Positions 21,673 through 34,304 of a DNA stretch of 64,000 nt are shown piece after piece; the first letter of the stretch is position 1; each line of letters starts with the position of its first letter. Source of the DNA: an uncultured Methanoregulaceae archaeon. Lineage in GTDB: Archaea; Halobacteriota; Methanomicrobia; Methanomicrobiales; Methanospirillaceae. The notes beneath the pieces are model-generated. The model saw nothing but the letters and a program-made list of their open reading frames with translations, did not search any database and had not been told where the DNA came from. The position numbers were made by a program, and so were the translations under genes. Location of the stretch: positions 960,001 through 1,024,000 of the forward strand of contig OY970061.1 in NCBI GenBank assembly GCA_963705255.1, written 5' to 3'.

Positions 21673-23340
21673 TCATAATGTCCGGTACGCCCCCTCGGGA
21701 ACAAGAATCTCGAACCGTGCCCCTATACCCTCAGTGCCTGTCTCCTGGATTGTGAGTCCGGTGATGGCGAGCACCTCCTGTGAGAAAAAGAGCCCGTAAC
21801 TGATCCTGCCGGAACGTGTGTGCTCGAATATGAGTCTCTTTTTCCCCTGAGGAATACCGATACCGTCATCCTCGCATACGATGACTAGGGCACGTTTCCG
21901 CTTCTCACCGGAAAACCGGATGGCGGAGACATGTCCCCCGTGTTCGATTGAGTTTGTGATAAGGTTTGAGAAAACTTTCTCGATCAGGTCATCAGCAAAT
22001 ATTTCTATATTGGAAATATCCGATTTCAGGGATATTTTTCCCAGATCTACCGAAGATGCAGCCGCCCGGATACTCTCCGCAACATTCGTCCAGCGTGGGG
22101 GCTGCAGCCCGATGTTCTGGTAATCGCGAGTGAAACTGATCTGCTGCTGGATGGTCTTTATGACTTCCTGCTGGCGGTCAAAGATCTCGGTGATCTTCTT
22201 GTTCTTGGTCTGGGCCCTTGCCACACCGAGATAGCCGAGGAGTTTGGTGAGCCCGTTCAGGACATCGTGCCGGGTAATGCTATTTAAGAGAATGATCTGT
22301 TTTGCTGCGCGGCGCAGTGCATCCTCGGACCTCTTTCGTTCCTGGATATTCATGAGAATGCCATGATAACCGCTCATGACCTCATTCCGGTAAAGTGCCC
22401 TGCCGGATGTCTGAACCCAGCGAGGAGAACCATCTTTTCCCAGAATCCTGAACTCAAAAGGTTCCGTTGTCCCTGACCTGCCATGTTCCATGCCTTTGAT
22501 GAAAGACATGATATCATCCTTAAAGATAAAGTCCTGCAGCTGGCGCCCGAGAAGTTCCATAGGTTCGTATGCGGTAACCTGACGGATAACCGGGCTTATG
22601 TAGGTGATTGTGCCGTGATCATTGAGCGTAAAGATCACATCCCGCATATTCTCTACGAGAGTGCGATACTTTTCCTCAGATTCCTGGAGAGCTTTTTCGA
22701 TCTTCTTGTGCTCCTGGAGTTTTTCTTCAAGTTCCTTGTTGGCAATGATAAGCTCCTCAGGGGGCTCCTTGATCCGCCCTTCAAGATCCTGTTGGTAGTC
22801 TTTCCATCGTGAGGTCTCTTCAAAGATGATACCGAGCCCTTTGTTGCCCTGGTCAAACACCAGTGGAAGGAGTTTCATGCGGAACGTACGCGGTTTGCCG
22901 CCAATGTCGATATCCTCTTCCAGTTCCTTTTCCTCACCTTCCATAGCCTCTGCGATGATCTCGAGGTGGTGGGAGGTCATGTGCTGCGCAAGCGGTGAAT
23001 GGGTGAGCTGGGTGCCAATGATCGTCTCACGTTCGAGCTTGAAGAAGCGCAGAAGTGCATCGTTTACCTGCTGGATAAAGAGGTCGTCATCGAGGATCAT
23101 GATGAGATCTGAAGAGAAACTCAGCATCTGTGACAAGGGCACGCGGTGGGAAAGGCTGAACAATTTCGCCGGTCCAAGGCTGCGCATCTCGGCCTGCCCC
23201 GACACAACAAGAAGGTTGAGGTACTTGGCCGCGGTCCCCCGGTTAAGCCCGAGCTTCTGGGATACATCTTCAATAGTCAGCCCCTTTGGGTATTGTTCAA
23301 GAATCTCCCGGATGCGGACAACCTCACTCTCCTTTACCAT
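21673..23340 (-). CDS. Cytoplasmic HTH-PAS-PAS sensor histidine kinase
   Basis: N-terminal HTH (GLTIEDVSQKLGLNRGTAAKYL), two PAS domains, H-box TRHD, N-box NLITNS, EDDGIGI. Confidence 0.88.
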   Translation of the reverse strand: MVKESEVVRIREILEQYPKGLTIEDVSQKLGLNRGTAAKYLNLLVVSGQAEMRSLGPAKLFSLSHRVPLSQMLSFSSDLIMILDDDLFIQQVNDALLRFFKLERETIIGTQLTHSPLAQHMTSHHLEIIAEAMEGEEKELEEDIDIGGKPRTFRMKLLPLVFDQGNKGLGIIFEETSRWKDYQQDLEGRIKEPPEELIIANKELEEKLQEHKKIEKALQESEEKYRTLVENMRDVIFTLNDHGTITYISPVIRQVTAYEPMELLGRQLQDFIFKDDIMSFIKGMEHGRSGTTEPFEFRILGKDGSPRWVQTSGRALYRNEVMSGYHGILMNIQERKRSEDALRRAAKQIILLNSITRHDVLNGLTKLLGYLGVARAQTKNKKITEIFDRQQEVIKTIQQQISFTRDYQNIGLQPPRWTNVAESIRAAASSVDLGKISLKSDISNIEIFADDLIEKVFSNLITNSIEHGGHVSAIRFSGEKRKRALVIVCEDDGIGIPQGKKRLIFEHTRSGRISYGLFFSQEVLAITGLTIQETGTEGIGARFEILVPEGAYRTL

Positions 23341-23671
23341 GCTTCGAAACGCTCCTTATTGATATTCAACCTGCACTGGCGCTCCAGTGATTGGTAATAA
23401 TAAACATATTCATTCAACTATTTTAACCATTGCATCTAATCGCCATAAGCCATAATATTTATATACTATTGTTTACCAACGATGTTGTTACCCACAGTTC
23501 GCCCGGAAGACTAACATTTCCGGACCGTCGCGGTGCCCCGTGGCAGGCGCCGCATACCACGGTACCCTCGCGGGTTCACTGGAAAACAGCGCACAAAGAA
23601 CCCACATGGGCAGGATTCATGGGAGACCACAAGGGGTAACGATCTCGAAAAGGAGGTAAAAGGAGAGACAT

Positions 23672-25787
23672 ATGCAGTTCATTGATGATATGAAGATGGG
23701 AAAGAAGCTGATCGGGGCATTCCTGATCATCACACTGATCGCTGTGATCATCGCAGTCATTGGCTATTCCAGTCTCGTGATGACGAGCGGTAATACCGCG
23801 GCAGTCTATGACGGTTCGGTGGTACCAATAGGAGAACTTGGTATTGCATCTGCCGATTTCCAGCAGATGAGAGACCGAGATCTACCGGTACATCTACATA
23901 CCTGAATCACGTTCAACGGAAGAACAGACCACTATTCCTCAACTCAAGGCTGAAATAAAGGCCCAGATGGATGCGTACCGGGCAACATCCTTGTCCGATG
24001 CCGAGAAGGCCAACCTGGCCAAGTTCGACAGCGCCTGGGCGGACTGGCTGGTCCAGTACGATGCAACCATCGCGGCAGCGAAGAAGAACGACATGACCAC
24101 GGTCAACGCCCAGCTGGCGTCAGGTTCACCACTCATCAATGCACGCACCAACGCGGTTGCCGCACTCAAAGCACTCAATGATATCAACTCAAATGATGCA
24201 AAAGCGGCGGATACCGCTTCGTCCCAGGCAGCTGCAAGCGCGGAAACGATGATGATTGTCGCTACGATCGTTGGTATTATCATCGCAATTGCACTGGCTC
24301 TTTACCTCACCAAGAGTATCACAGAACCGTTAATTGCGGTAACGAATAATCTCAAAAAGCTCAGCAAGGGAATTGTCAGCACCAGGCTGAACATTACACG
24401 GAAGGATGAGATCGGCGATATAGCGCGGGTCATGGACGCCTATGCAAACGGCCTCCAGAAATTCGTGGTTGGGGGTATGAAAAAGATAGCCGAAGGGGAC
24501 CTCACGGTCAGCCTCAAAGTCCAAGATGAAAAAGATGAGATTTCTCCATCAGTGAACACCATCAATGCCACGCTCAAGGCACTGGTCGAAGAGGCCACCA
24601 TGCTCTCAACTGCAGCCGTCCAGGGTCGTCTCGCGACCCGCAGCAACGCAGACAAGTTCAAAGGCGGATACCGGGAGATCGTCAAGGGCGTCAATGACAC
24701 TCTCGATGCCGTTGTTGCTCCGGTGAACGAGGCCATGCACGTGTCCAACGAATACGCGGCGGGTAATTTCACTGCACGGGTGAACAAGAACCTCAAGGTC
24801 CAGGGGGACTTCATCAAGTTCAAGGAGTCCCTCGACAACATCGGCGAGCAGGTCTCAAAGGCGATGCGGGGTATCAACACGCAGGTGACCAACCTTGCAT
24901 CGAGTGCCGAGGAGGCCAACGCCAGTGTCGAGGAAGTGGCGGCAGGGGCCGGGCAGGTGGCCAGGAACACAGCCGCGGTCAGCGCCAACGCCGACAAGAG
25001 CACTGAGGGCATCGAGCAGGTCCAGAAGGCGATGGAAGACCTCTCGCGCACCATCCAGGAAGTTGCCAACAAGGCCGAGACCGTCGCAAGGATTGTTGAC
25101 GACACGACCACATACAGCAAGGAAGGTATGGAACTCGCCCGGAAGACCGAGTCCGGTATGCAGGGCATCACCAAGTCCTCGAATGAAGTCAACCAGATCA
25201 TCCTTGAGATCAAGGGACAGATGGATCGGATCAGCGAGATCGTGAACCTGATTACTGATCTCGCCAACCAGACCAACCTGCTTGCGCTTAATGCAGCAAT
25301 TGAAGCAGCGCGGGCCGGGGACGCTGGGCGCGGTTTCGCGGTGGTCGCCACAGAAGTCAAATCCCTAGCAGTCGAGTCACGGGCTTCTGCAGAAAAGATA
25401 GCAGAAATGATCGACAACCTCCAGAAGCAGACCAACCACGCGGTGGACGCGGTCGCCGCAGCAAACAGTGGTGTCAAGGAAGGTAGTTCGGCACTGCACG
25501 ACACCCTTTCCAGCTTCAACAAGATCGTCGGTTCGATCGATGCGATAAGCAAGAACGTCAGTGAAGTGGCAGCAGCCTCCGAAGAGCAGGCCGCGTCCGT
25601 TGAGGAAGTGACCGCAAGTATGAGTGAAGTCGGCAAGCTGATGCGGGACACTGCGAAGGAGTCGACCGATGCTGCAGCTGCGAGCGAAGAGTCCTCTGCA
25701 GCCATCGACCAGATCACCAAAGTCGTCGGGAATGTCAACACCATCATCGATCAGGTGACCAAAGAGGTATCGCGGTTCAAGTGCTGA
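23672..25787 (+). CDS. Methyl-accepting chemotaxis protein (4HB sensor, HAMP), frameshift near 23875
   Basis: TM-4[40 protein letters not shown]. Confidence 0.92.
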
Positions 25788-25801
25788 CGCGGTGGGTTAT
25801 C

Positions 25802-26392
25802 ATGGCAAAAACAACCAAGGAAAAAGAGACAAACCCCCCGGTTCAGCCGGATCCAGAAACCGCAGCACCGGAGAAAGAAAATCCAAAAAGCAAGCGGGAG
25901 AAGAGGCACGAGAAAGGAAGCCTCCAGGTCGTGGAGTTCCTGCTCGGCAGGGAGCGGTATGCGGTCGACCTCTTCGATGTCAGGGAGGTTGTAGAATATA
26001 CTTCCATAACAAAACTCCCAAACACCCCTTCATATATGAAAGGGATCATCGACCTCCGCGGCGAGATCACCACGATTGTTGATCTCAAGGAGCGGCTGTG
26101 TATACCCCACGGGACAGAGGTTAACGAAGAAAACAGCAGGATCATTGTCCTGGACGAGAAGATCACCCGGGCCAAGACCGGCATCATGGTGGACGATGTC
26201 CTGTCGGTCTCCACCTTCGATACAAAGGACATCGATTCCACATCCGCAGCGGATATGGAAGACGATGGAGCGATCCTCGGAATCATCAAAAAGAAGGTAA
26301 AGGACAAGGATCACGAGAAGAACGACCTGATCATCTGGATCGACATCCGGCACCTGGTCAAAGACATCGGCGAGGTAGTACCTATCGCTTGA
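25802..26392 (+). CDS. cheW: CheW coupling protein
   Basis: ITKLPNTP, GIIDLRGEI, GIMVDDV. Confidence 0.92.
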   Translation: MAKTTKEKETNPPVQPDPETAAPEKENPKSKREKRHEKGSLQVVEFLLGRERYAVDLFDVREVVEYTSITKLPNTPSYMKGIIDLRGEITTIVDLKERLCIPHGTEVNEENSRIIVLDEKITRAKTGIMVDDVLSVSTFDTKDIDSTSAADMEDDGAILGIIKKKVKDKDHEKNDLIIWIDIRHLVKDIGEVVPIA

Positions 26393-26504
26393 CTTTTTGT
26401 ACATGCACTGGTGGACTGAAAATCCGGCAGTGCAAAAAGCACGAAAAAAATACAGAATCATTTACTGATTACGGCGGACTACAGCAAAAAATGGAGAGGA
26501 GAAA

Positions 26505-28616
26505 ATGAAATTCATTGACGACATGAAACTCAGCAAAAAAATGATTGGCGGCTTTCTCATCGTAACCGCCATTATGATTATCGTAGCGTTTGCGGGATAC
26601 ACCAGCATGGGTGCCATCAATGACCGGGACAAGGAGATGTATAACGGAGAACTTCTCCCGATCGATTACCTCAACAATGCAAATGCCGCGTTCCTGGGAG
26701 TGCAGGGCAATGTGTACAATTATATTCTGCTTCCGAACGAACGGGCTGCATCGTTAACAACGCTCAACGCGGATCTGGATACTGCCAAAAAGAATATGGA
26801 TGCGTACCGGGCACTTCCGCTCACTCAGGAGGAAAAGGACCAGCTGGCCCTCTATGATTCAGCATTCGCGGAATATACGTCCTCAGTGACCGAAGTGATC
26901 ACGAACGTGGATTCCGGTAAAACAACTGTCGCACTATCTTCCGTCCAAAAAGGCGGGAGGAATGCCAACGCGATGGAGCAGGTAAACCTGCCCCTCTCAC
27001 AGCTGATGGATCTCAAGATCCATCAGGCAAGTGACCTCTCCGGTTCCAACCAGGGAGTGTATACCAATGCCAGCCTCCTGCTGTTCATTGCCACGGTGAT
27101 TGGGCTCATAGTCTCAGTCTTGATCGCCCTTTTCCTGACGCGGAGCATTGCAGAACCGGTTGACAAAGTGAAAGAGAACATCAAGGAGATCCACCAGGGC
27201 CACCTCTCCAACAGGCTCAATCTCAACCGCAAGGACGAGATCGGCGAGATGGCTGAGGCACTCGACAAGTTTGCCGGGGATTTCCAGAAATACATCCTCG
27301 GCACCATGGATATGGTCGCTGCCGGCGATCTCTCGCGGGACCTCAAGCCCCGGAATGACAAAGACCAGATTGTCCCGCCCATCAAGAAGATGATCGAGAC
27401 CCTCCGGGCTGTACTCGCGGAGTCAAACAAGATGTCCATAGCGGCCGTGGAGGGAAAACTCAATGTCCGCGGAGACGCCGATAAGTTCAAGGGCGGGTAC
27501 TGGGAAATTGTTGCCGGCATCAACAAGACATTTGATAACGTGGTCATACCCCTCAACGAAGGGATGCGCGTATCCGAGGAATATGCGGCAGGCAACTTTA
27601 CTGCCCGGTTTGACGAATCGGTCAAAATGCGGGGAGAATTCAAAAAATTCAAGACTTCGCTCAATGACATCGGCGAGCAGGTCTCAAAGGCGATGCGGGG
27701 CATCAGCACGCAGGTGACCGACCTCGCCGCTTCCGCCGAAGAGGCAAATGCCAGTGTCGAGGAGGTGGCGGCAGGAGCCGGGCAGGTTGCCAAGAACGCG
27801 GCAGCAGTCAGCGCCAATGCTGATAAGACCACGCAGGGCATTGAGCAGGTCCAGAAAGCCATGGAAGACCTCTCACGCACCATTCAGGAGGTCGCAAACA
27901 AAGCCGAAGCGGTGGCAAGGATCGTTGACGATACGACCACCTACAGTAAGGAAGGCATGGAGCTTGCCCAGAAGACCGACTCCGGCATGCAGGGCATCAC
28001 CCGCTCGTCCAGTGATGTAAACCAGATCATCCTTGAGATCAAGGGACAGATGGACAAGATCAGCGAGATCGTCAACCTGATCACCGACCTTGCAAACCAG
28101 ACCAACCTGCTTGCCCTCAATGCAGCCATTGAAGCAGCGCGGGCAGGAGATGCAGGCCGCGGGTTCGCGGTCGTCGCAACCGAGGTCAAATCACTCGCGG
28201 TCGAGTCACGGGCTTCTGCCGAGAAGATCGCCGAGATGATCGACAACCTCCAGAAGCAGACCAACCACGCGGTTGACGCGGTTTCGGCTGCAAACACCGG
28301 TGTCAGGGAAGGCAGTGCGGCACTGCATGACACTCTCGCAAGCTTCAACAAGATCGTCTCCTCCATCGACGCGATCAGCAGGAATGTTACCGAAGTTGCA
28401 GCTGCATCCGAAGAACAGGCTGCATCAGTGGAAGAAGTGACCGCAAGTGTCAGCGAAGTCGGCCTGCTGATGCAGAGCACGGCAAAGGAGTCGACCGATT
28501 CTGCAGCTGCGAGCGAGGAGTCGTCTGCCGCAATCGACCAGATCACCAAGGTCATAGGAAATGTCAACACCATCGTAGATCAGGTAACAAAGGAAATCTC
28601 CCGGTTCAAGTGCTGA
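26505..28616 (+). CDS. Methyl-accepting chemotaxis protein (paralog of 23672..25787)
   Basis: Same architecture and near-identical signalling domain. Confidence 0.94.
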   Translation: MKFIDDMKLSKKMIGGFLIVTAIMIIVAFAGYTSMGAINDRDKEMYNGELLPIDYLNNANAAFLGVQGNVYNYILLPNERAASLTTLNADLDTAKKNMDAYRALPLTQEEKDQLALYDSAFAEYTSSVTEVITNVDSGKTTVALSSVQKGGRNANAMEQVNLPLSQLMDLKIHQASDLSGSNQGVYTNASLLLFIATVIGLIVSVLIALFLTRSIAEPVDKVKENIKEIHQGHLSNRLNLNRKDEIGEMAEALDKFAGDFQKYILGTMDMVAAGDLSRDLKPRNDKDQIVPPIKKMIETLRAVLAESNKMSIAAVEGKLNVRGDADKFKGGYWEIVAGINKTFDNVVIPLNEGMRVSEEYAAGNFTARFDESVKMRGEFKKFKTSLNDIGEQVSKAMRGISTQVTDLAASAEEANASVEEVAAGAGQVAKNAAAVSANADKTTQGIEQVQKAMEDLSRTIQEVANKAEAVARIVDDTTTYSKEGMELAQKTDSGMQGITRSSSDVNQIILEIKGQMDKISEIVNLITDLANQTNLLALNAAIEAARAGDAGRGFAVVATEVKSLAVESRASAEKIAEMIDNLQKQTNHAVDAVSAANTGVREGSAALHDTLASFNKIVSSIDAISRNVTEVAAASEEQAASVEEVTASVSEVGLLMQSTAKESTDSAAASEESSAAIDQITKVIGNVNTIVDQVTKEISRFKC

Positions 28617-28632
28617 ATGGGCATGGAGCATC

Positions 28633-29224
28633 ATGACAAAACCAGCAAGGGAAAAAAAGGATGACGCACCTGCGCAGCCAGACCCCCTGGCCGCACAACC
28701 GGAAGCAGTACCCGACTCGGGCCCAACCGGAAAACAGGTACACGAAGGGCAACCTCCAGGTCGTGGAATTCCTGCTCGGGAAGGAACGGTATGCCGTCGA
28801 TCTCTACGATATACGGGAAGTGGTGGAATATACTACCATCACAAAACTTCCCAACACCCCTTCTTACATGAAAGGGATCATCGATCTCCGCGGTGAGATA
28901 ACGACCATCGTCGATCTCAAAGATCGCCTGCATATCCATGGAGGAAGTGAGACGAATGAGGAGAACAGCCGTATTATTGTCCTGGACGAGAAGATCACCA
29001 GGGCAAAGACCGGCATCATGGTGGACGACGTCCTGTCGGTTTCCACCTTCGATACAAAGGACATCGATTATACATCCGCAGCGGATATGGAGGATGATGG
29101 AGCGATCCTCGGGATCATCAAAAAGAAAGTAAAGGACAAGGAACAGGAGAGAAACGAGCTGATCATCTGGATCGATATCCGGCACCTGGTCAAAGACATC
29201 GGCGAGGTCGTTCCCCTTGCGTAG
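28633..29224 (+). CDS. cheW: CheW coupling protein, frameshift in the N-terminal linker
   Basis: Near-identical to 25802..26392 from LQVVEFLLG onward. Confidence 0.9.
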
Positions 29225-29313
29225 CCGATGCGTGCCTTCGGAGGATCAGGCCCGTCGTGGCCACCCGCACAATGAGGCCAACCCGGATATTGTGGATAAT
29301 CAGGTGACAGACC

Positions 29314-30915
29314 ATGTACCTCAGTGAAGAAAGCATTATTGAACAGGTTCTCAAAGGCGATATCAACGCACGTGTTCCGGAGCGCAGGTTCCCTCCCGGT
29401 GCAGCCCGCAGGGCGCAGGCCATCAACCGGCTTATAAACAAATACGGCGAGGCACTCAGGAAGAAAGATGAAGCTGCAGCTCTCTTTAACGAGAACCCGG
29501 TCCCAATCGTCCGGTACGATGAAAAATTCAACATCCTGATGGTCAACCCGGCATTCCTTGAATGTTCCGGGTATAGCAAGGACAAGGTCACTGCGATGAA
29601 TGCCCACGACTTCAAAGTAACAAAAGCCGAAGGCCACGGCATCAAGGAAGCGGTCAGGACAAAACAACGGGCATTCGGGCGGATGGAAATCGAGATGCCG
29701 TCCGGGAAAAAGGTCCTCGATGCCTATACTATTCCTCTGCTCAACAAGGAAGGCAACATCCGTGGATTCATGGGCGTGTATGTCGATGTCACGCAGATCG
29801 TAAAGGGACAGCGTTACATGGAGCATGAAGTGGAGCGCCTGATTGCAACGTACGGCCTTATAGCCCAGGGCGATATCTCTGCCCAGTACCTTCTTACCGA
29901 ACCCGACAAGGACACGCGCGCCACCTACGAGCAGGTCGCACGGCTCCACGAAGCGGTCAGCGGGATAGTTGCGAACCTCGAAGAGAATGTCCGGGATGTC
30001 AATATGCGGATGGAGGAGCTCACAAGGCGGGCAGAACAGGCCGCGGCCAGAATCCGCGACGCCTCTGAAGGCATTCAGGAGATCGCCCGGAATACCGGCA
30101 AGGTCAGCGAGAACTCCGAGAATGCATCACGGAGCGTCGACGGGATCCTGAAAGCGGTGAGCGACATGAGCTCTGCGATTCAGGACATCACGACTAACAT
30201 GGATAATGCTGCAAGTCTTTCGGCCAAAGCCAACGAGCTCTCCTATGCAGGAGCACGGCTTGCCAAAAATGTTGAGACCAGCATGAAGGACATTGCCGGA
30301 TCGAGCGGCAGGGTCTCCGAGATCGTTACCCATATTGATGGCAGGATGGGGGAGATTACTGCCATCGTGGATGTCATTACGGATATCTCGAGCCAGACCA
30401 ACATGCTCGCACTGAATGCCGCGATCGAAGCAGCCCGGGCCGGGGACGCAGGCAGAGGTTTTGCTGTCGTAGCCGAAGAAGTGAAATCGCTTGCTGACGA
30501 GTCCCGCTTATCAGCAGATAAGATCACCAAGATGATTGCTGGTTTCAGGGAAGAGAGTCGCAAGGCGTCACAGGCAATGGTGGAGTCATCGGCCATGGTC
30601 AGCCAGGGCAATACCATGGTAAAAGAGACCCTGACCGCTTTCAGCCAGATTGCACAGGCCGTCGAAGCAGTAGCCAAGAGTGTGGCGGATGTAGCCGCGA
30701 CAACTGAAGAGCAGGCTGCCACGACCCAGGAGATAACAGCAAGTATTTCCGAAGTTGCGCAGATGGTGGAAAAGACATCCAAGGAAGCCGGGGAGTCTGC
30801 GGCCTCGACGCAACAGTCATCGGCTGCCATTGATGAAATTTCCCGCATGATCACAGAAGTCAGTGTCGTCTCCCGCGAAGCAATGGAAGTGAACCAGCGG
30901 TTCAAAGTCAGCTGA
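29314..30915 (+). CDS. Soluble PAS-domain methyl-accepting chemotaxis protein
   Basis: No TM; PAS ([12 protein letters not shown]); [17 protein letters not shown]. Confidence 0.92.
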   Translation: MYLSEESIIEQVLKGDINARVPERRFPPGAARRAQAINRLINKYGEALRKKDEAAALFNENPVPIVRYDEKFNILMVNPAFLECSGYSKDKVTAMNAHDFKVTKAEGHGIKEAVRTKQRAFGRMEIEMPSGKKVLDAYTIPLLNKEGNIRGFMGVYVDVTQIVKGQRYMEHEVERLIATYGLIAQGDISAQYLLTEPDKDTRATYEQVARLHEAVSGIVANLEENVRDVNMRMEELTRRAEQAAARIRDASEGIQEIARNTGKVSENSENASRSVDGILKAVSDMSSAIQDITTNMDNAASLSAKANELSYAGARLAKNVETSMKDIAGSSGRVSEIVTHIDGRMGEITAIVDVITDISSQTNMLALNAAIEAARAGDAGRGFAVVAEEVKSLADESRLSADKITKMIAGFREESRKASQAMVESSAMVSQGNTMVKETLTAFSQIAQAVEAVAKSVADVAATTEEQAATTQEITASISEVAQMVEKTSKEAGESAASTQQSSAAIDEISRMITEVSVVSREAMEVNQRFKVS

Positions 30916-31217
30916 AATACTCCCTCCCATCCAGTTTCCCGGAATTTTTGCGGGTGCATTGCACCTGCACCAGCCGGGATACGGTTAAAAAACCGTGCAG
31001 CCAGTCTCAAAAAGAACCATGCCGTCAGAAAAAGGGTGCTTTTTTACTCCGGCACAACCCCCTCAGGTCTTCTTCTTCTCTCTCCGGAATCCAAAAGAGC
31101 TCCGGAGTGCCGGAACCCTTAACAGGATCACCCAACGCTTTGCGGAACGGAGATATAATTGATGATCCTGTCATCATTCCGCCACGTATTTTATGGTTAG
31201 GGGTTTATGATTGGATC

Positions 31218-31574
31218 ATGAATGCCCGGGTTTCCAGTCCGGTAGCGACCATGTCCGTCTTAATCCTCGTCCTGCTGGTATGCGGGTGTATCTCTGTTTC
31301 TGTGGGGGATGTGTCATACGGGAACGGGACGCTGGCTATCCGGGTGACGGATACCACCGGGCCTTCCGATGGCTATATGCAGGTGACCGTGTACCGTATC
31401 CAGGACCTGCACCAGCAGGAGTTTACGGTTATTGAAGGGCCGGTTATCCTGAATGAGGGCGAAAATACCCTCTTTTTTCCCGCACAGTTCGGGTCCGGCC
31501 AGTACAAACTGTATGTGTACCTCATCCAGAACGGGGAACGTAAAACGGCCGTAATACGCGATATTGTTGTGTGA
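31218..31574 (+). CDS. Small secreted/lipoprotein-like hypothetical protein
   Basis: Hydrophobic stretch ending in CGC; Ig-like GQYKLYVYL. Confidence 0.65.
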   Translation: MNARVSSPVATMSVLILVLLVCGCISVSVGDVSYGNGTLAIRVTDTTGPSDGYMQVTVYRIQDLHQQEFTVIEGPVILNEGENTLFFPAQFGSGQYKLYVYLIQNGERKTAVIRDIVV

Positions 31575-31578
31575 TCTC

Positions 31579-33251
31579 ATGCAAAGCCGAATACAAAAGA
31601 TACTGGATGCAGCCCGGGGCCGGATATCTGCGGATGCCGTTTTCAGAAATTCCAGAATATTTAATCCGTTCACCTGCACCTGGGAAGAGGGCAGTCTCGC
31701 AGTGAAAGACGGCCTTGTCCTGGGAATCGGGGACTATGCCGGGAAAAAAGAATATGATCTTGCCGGTTTGTACATCGTCCCCGGCCTGATCGATGCCCAC
31801 GCCCATATCGAAAGTTCGCTTCTCGCACCCAGGGAGTATGCGCGGCTCGCAGCCACGCATGGCACGACTACGGTCGTCGCTGACCCGCACGAGATTGCCA
31901 ATGTCGCAGGGGCAGAGGGGCTGAAGTTCATGCTCGCCGAGAGCGCCGGGGCTGATATCGACATCTTGTATATGCTCCCGTCCTGCGTCCCTGCAACTCC
32001 GCTGGAGGTGGGCGGGGCGGTGCTGGAGGCCGCGGACCTCGCACCGTTTACCGGGTGCAAGGGAGTCATCGGTCTTGGCGAGATGATGAACGTGCCGGGA
32101 GTTCTTGCAGGTGATCCGGCTGTTCAGGAAAAACTCGCCCTCTTCACTCTTCGCGACGGTCACGCACCGCTCCTTTCCGGCAAAGACCTCAACGCCTACA
32201 TCCTTGCAGGGCTCCAGAGCGATCACGAATGCACGACCCGGGCAGAAGCATGTGAGAAACTCAAAAAAGGGATGTATATTTTTGTCCGGGAGGGGTCAAC
32301 CGAACAGAATATCGAAGAGCTCATCCCGATAGTAACCCCGGCAACGGTATCCCGCTGCTGCTTTGCCACTGATGACTGCCATGCGGACCTCCTCGTGGGA
32401 GATGGGCATATCGACCGCTGTATCCGGAAGGCGGTTGCGTGCGGGATTACGCCGGAACTGGCGATCCGGATGGCGACCCTGTCGGCCGCCGAGCGGTTCG
32501 GCCTTCCCGATCGCGGGGCGCTCGTCCCGGGCGCCGGGCGGATTTCTGCGTTATCGACAGCCCATACGGGTTCGTCGTGCACCAGGTCTTCCGGTCCGGT
32601 ATCCTCCTCGTCCAGGGGGAGTTCCGGGAGCCCGCCGCTCTCCCGTCCTCGTTCCGGTGCCGGATGCCGTCTGCTGAAGAGATCGCGATCAACGGGAGCG
32701 GCAGCGCCCGGGTGATCGGGCTTGTCCCTCACCAGATCATTACGGAGTCCCTGACCCGTGCTGTTGTCGGAAAGGATGTCCCGGACCTGTCGCGCGACAT
32801 CCTGAAAGTTGTTGTATGTAACCGGTACGGTAACGATGCAGTCGGGGTCGGCCTCGTGCATGGTTTTGGCTTCGGGCGCGGTGCTGTTGCCGCCAGTATC
32901 TCCCACGATGCCCACAATATCATATCAGTCGGAACGAGCGATGCAGGTATCCTCTCGGCGATCGGGGAAGTCATTCGTTCAGGGGGTGCAATGGCCGCGG
33001 TTATTGATCAGGAAAAGGCAGTACTCCCCCTCAGTTGTGCCGGGCTGATGTCTTCCCTGCCGTTCCCGCTTGTGGCCGGACAACAGGAAAAACTCGCTGA
33101 AATGACCGGAAGGATGGGCGGGATAGATGACCCCTTCATGTACCTCTCGTTTTTATCCCTCACCGTGATTCCTGTATTACGCATCACGGACCGTGGTGTG
33201 TTTGATACAGAATTGTTCCGGGATGTGCCATTGTTTGTGAAAGAGGAATAA
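31579..33251 (+). CDS. ade: Adenine deaminase, frameshift near 32530
   Basis: PGLIDAHAHIESS, DPHEIANV, EMMN, DGHAP, SDHE, REGS, TDD, SHDAHN. Confidence 0.92.
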
Positions 33252-33397
33252 ATCCGGCAGCGGATTTTTATTTCGGGGGCCGGATGGGGAGAGCGGGATC
33301 AGGTCAAAAACCGGCACCGGACACCCCCGCCATACAGGAACGGGGAGCGATCACGGGATCTCACGGCTCCTAGCCCATCAGGATAAGCCAGAGCAGG

Positions 33398-33976
33398 TCA
33401 GTATGCCGTCTGGCCGTTACCTGCGATGTCGGGAGTCGTGTTCTGGGTCCCGTTCGTGTCCGGGCCAGTCACGGACAATCCTGCAGGTACCGGGACCGGG
33501 CGGACAATAATCTCCCGCATCACCCCGCAGTCGGACACCAGCCGGTACCGTTCCGGATCCCAGCCGGTAGTCACAAACCGGTAGATACGGGTGGATTCGC
33601 CGGGCCGCAGGACAGACTTATTTGGTGTGCCGGGCGGTTCTGCGCCCATTCGGGTGACCCATGACCCGGTAATTGACTGGAATTGTACCGAGAATGACGG
33701 GGGGCTCCCGGAACAGTCAAGTACACCGGTACCGTCATTCGAGACATAAAATTCGACAACTTCGCCGATATTGTAGATGTCGGTGTCTGTGTGGACATAG
33801 TCTGAGGTTTCTTCCGGTTGCTTGATAGTGACCTGGTACGATGCCGCGGGATTGCGCTGGGCATGTGTCGTGTTTATGGACTGTGTGTTTACCGGTAAAA
33901 ATGACAAGCACCCCGCTGCCATCACTCCGCCGAGAAGAATAATGGTGAAGACTGACAGAATATCCACCCGTTTCAT
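33398..33976 (-). CDS. Secreted/lipoprotein-like hypothetical protein with an Ig-like domain
   Basis: Signal peptide ending AGC; TDTDIYNIGEVVEF; LRPGES. Confidence 0.65.
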   Translation of the reverse strand: MKRVDILSVFTIILLGGVMAAGCLSFLPVNTQSINTTHAQRNPAASYQVTIKQPEETSDYVHTDTDIYNIGEVVEFYVSNDGTGVLDCSGSPPSFSVQFQSITGSWVTRMGAEPPGTPNKSVLRPGESTRIYRFVTTGWDPERYRLVSDCGVMREIIVRPVPVPAGLSVTGPDTNGTQNTTPDIAGNGQTAY

Positions 33977-34304
33977 ACGGTCACCCGGACTTGTGAGATC
34001 GTTTTTAAAAAAAATCGGAAAACGCAATTCATCAAAATAGATCCACTCCCTTTGTTACCATGAAAATCTGCCGGGTCTGGGTAAATAATTTTTTCATACG
34101 AATACGGAATGGATCCAAAAAATCCTTATTTTGGGAAAACCGGAAGAATGGCGTTCTGGAAGTTTTTTTTTTAAACTGGATGAAGAGATGATGATGAAGT
34201 TCATACGCCTCCGATGACATTTACAAAAAAGTTTGTCCGAAACATATCACGAAAGGAAAATTGCCGGAAAGATTACCGGAAAACCCAACGGATTTTAAAA
34301 AAGA

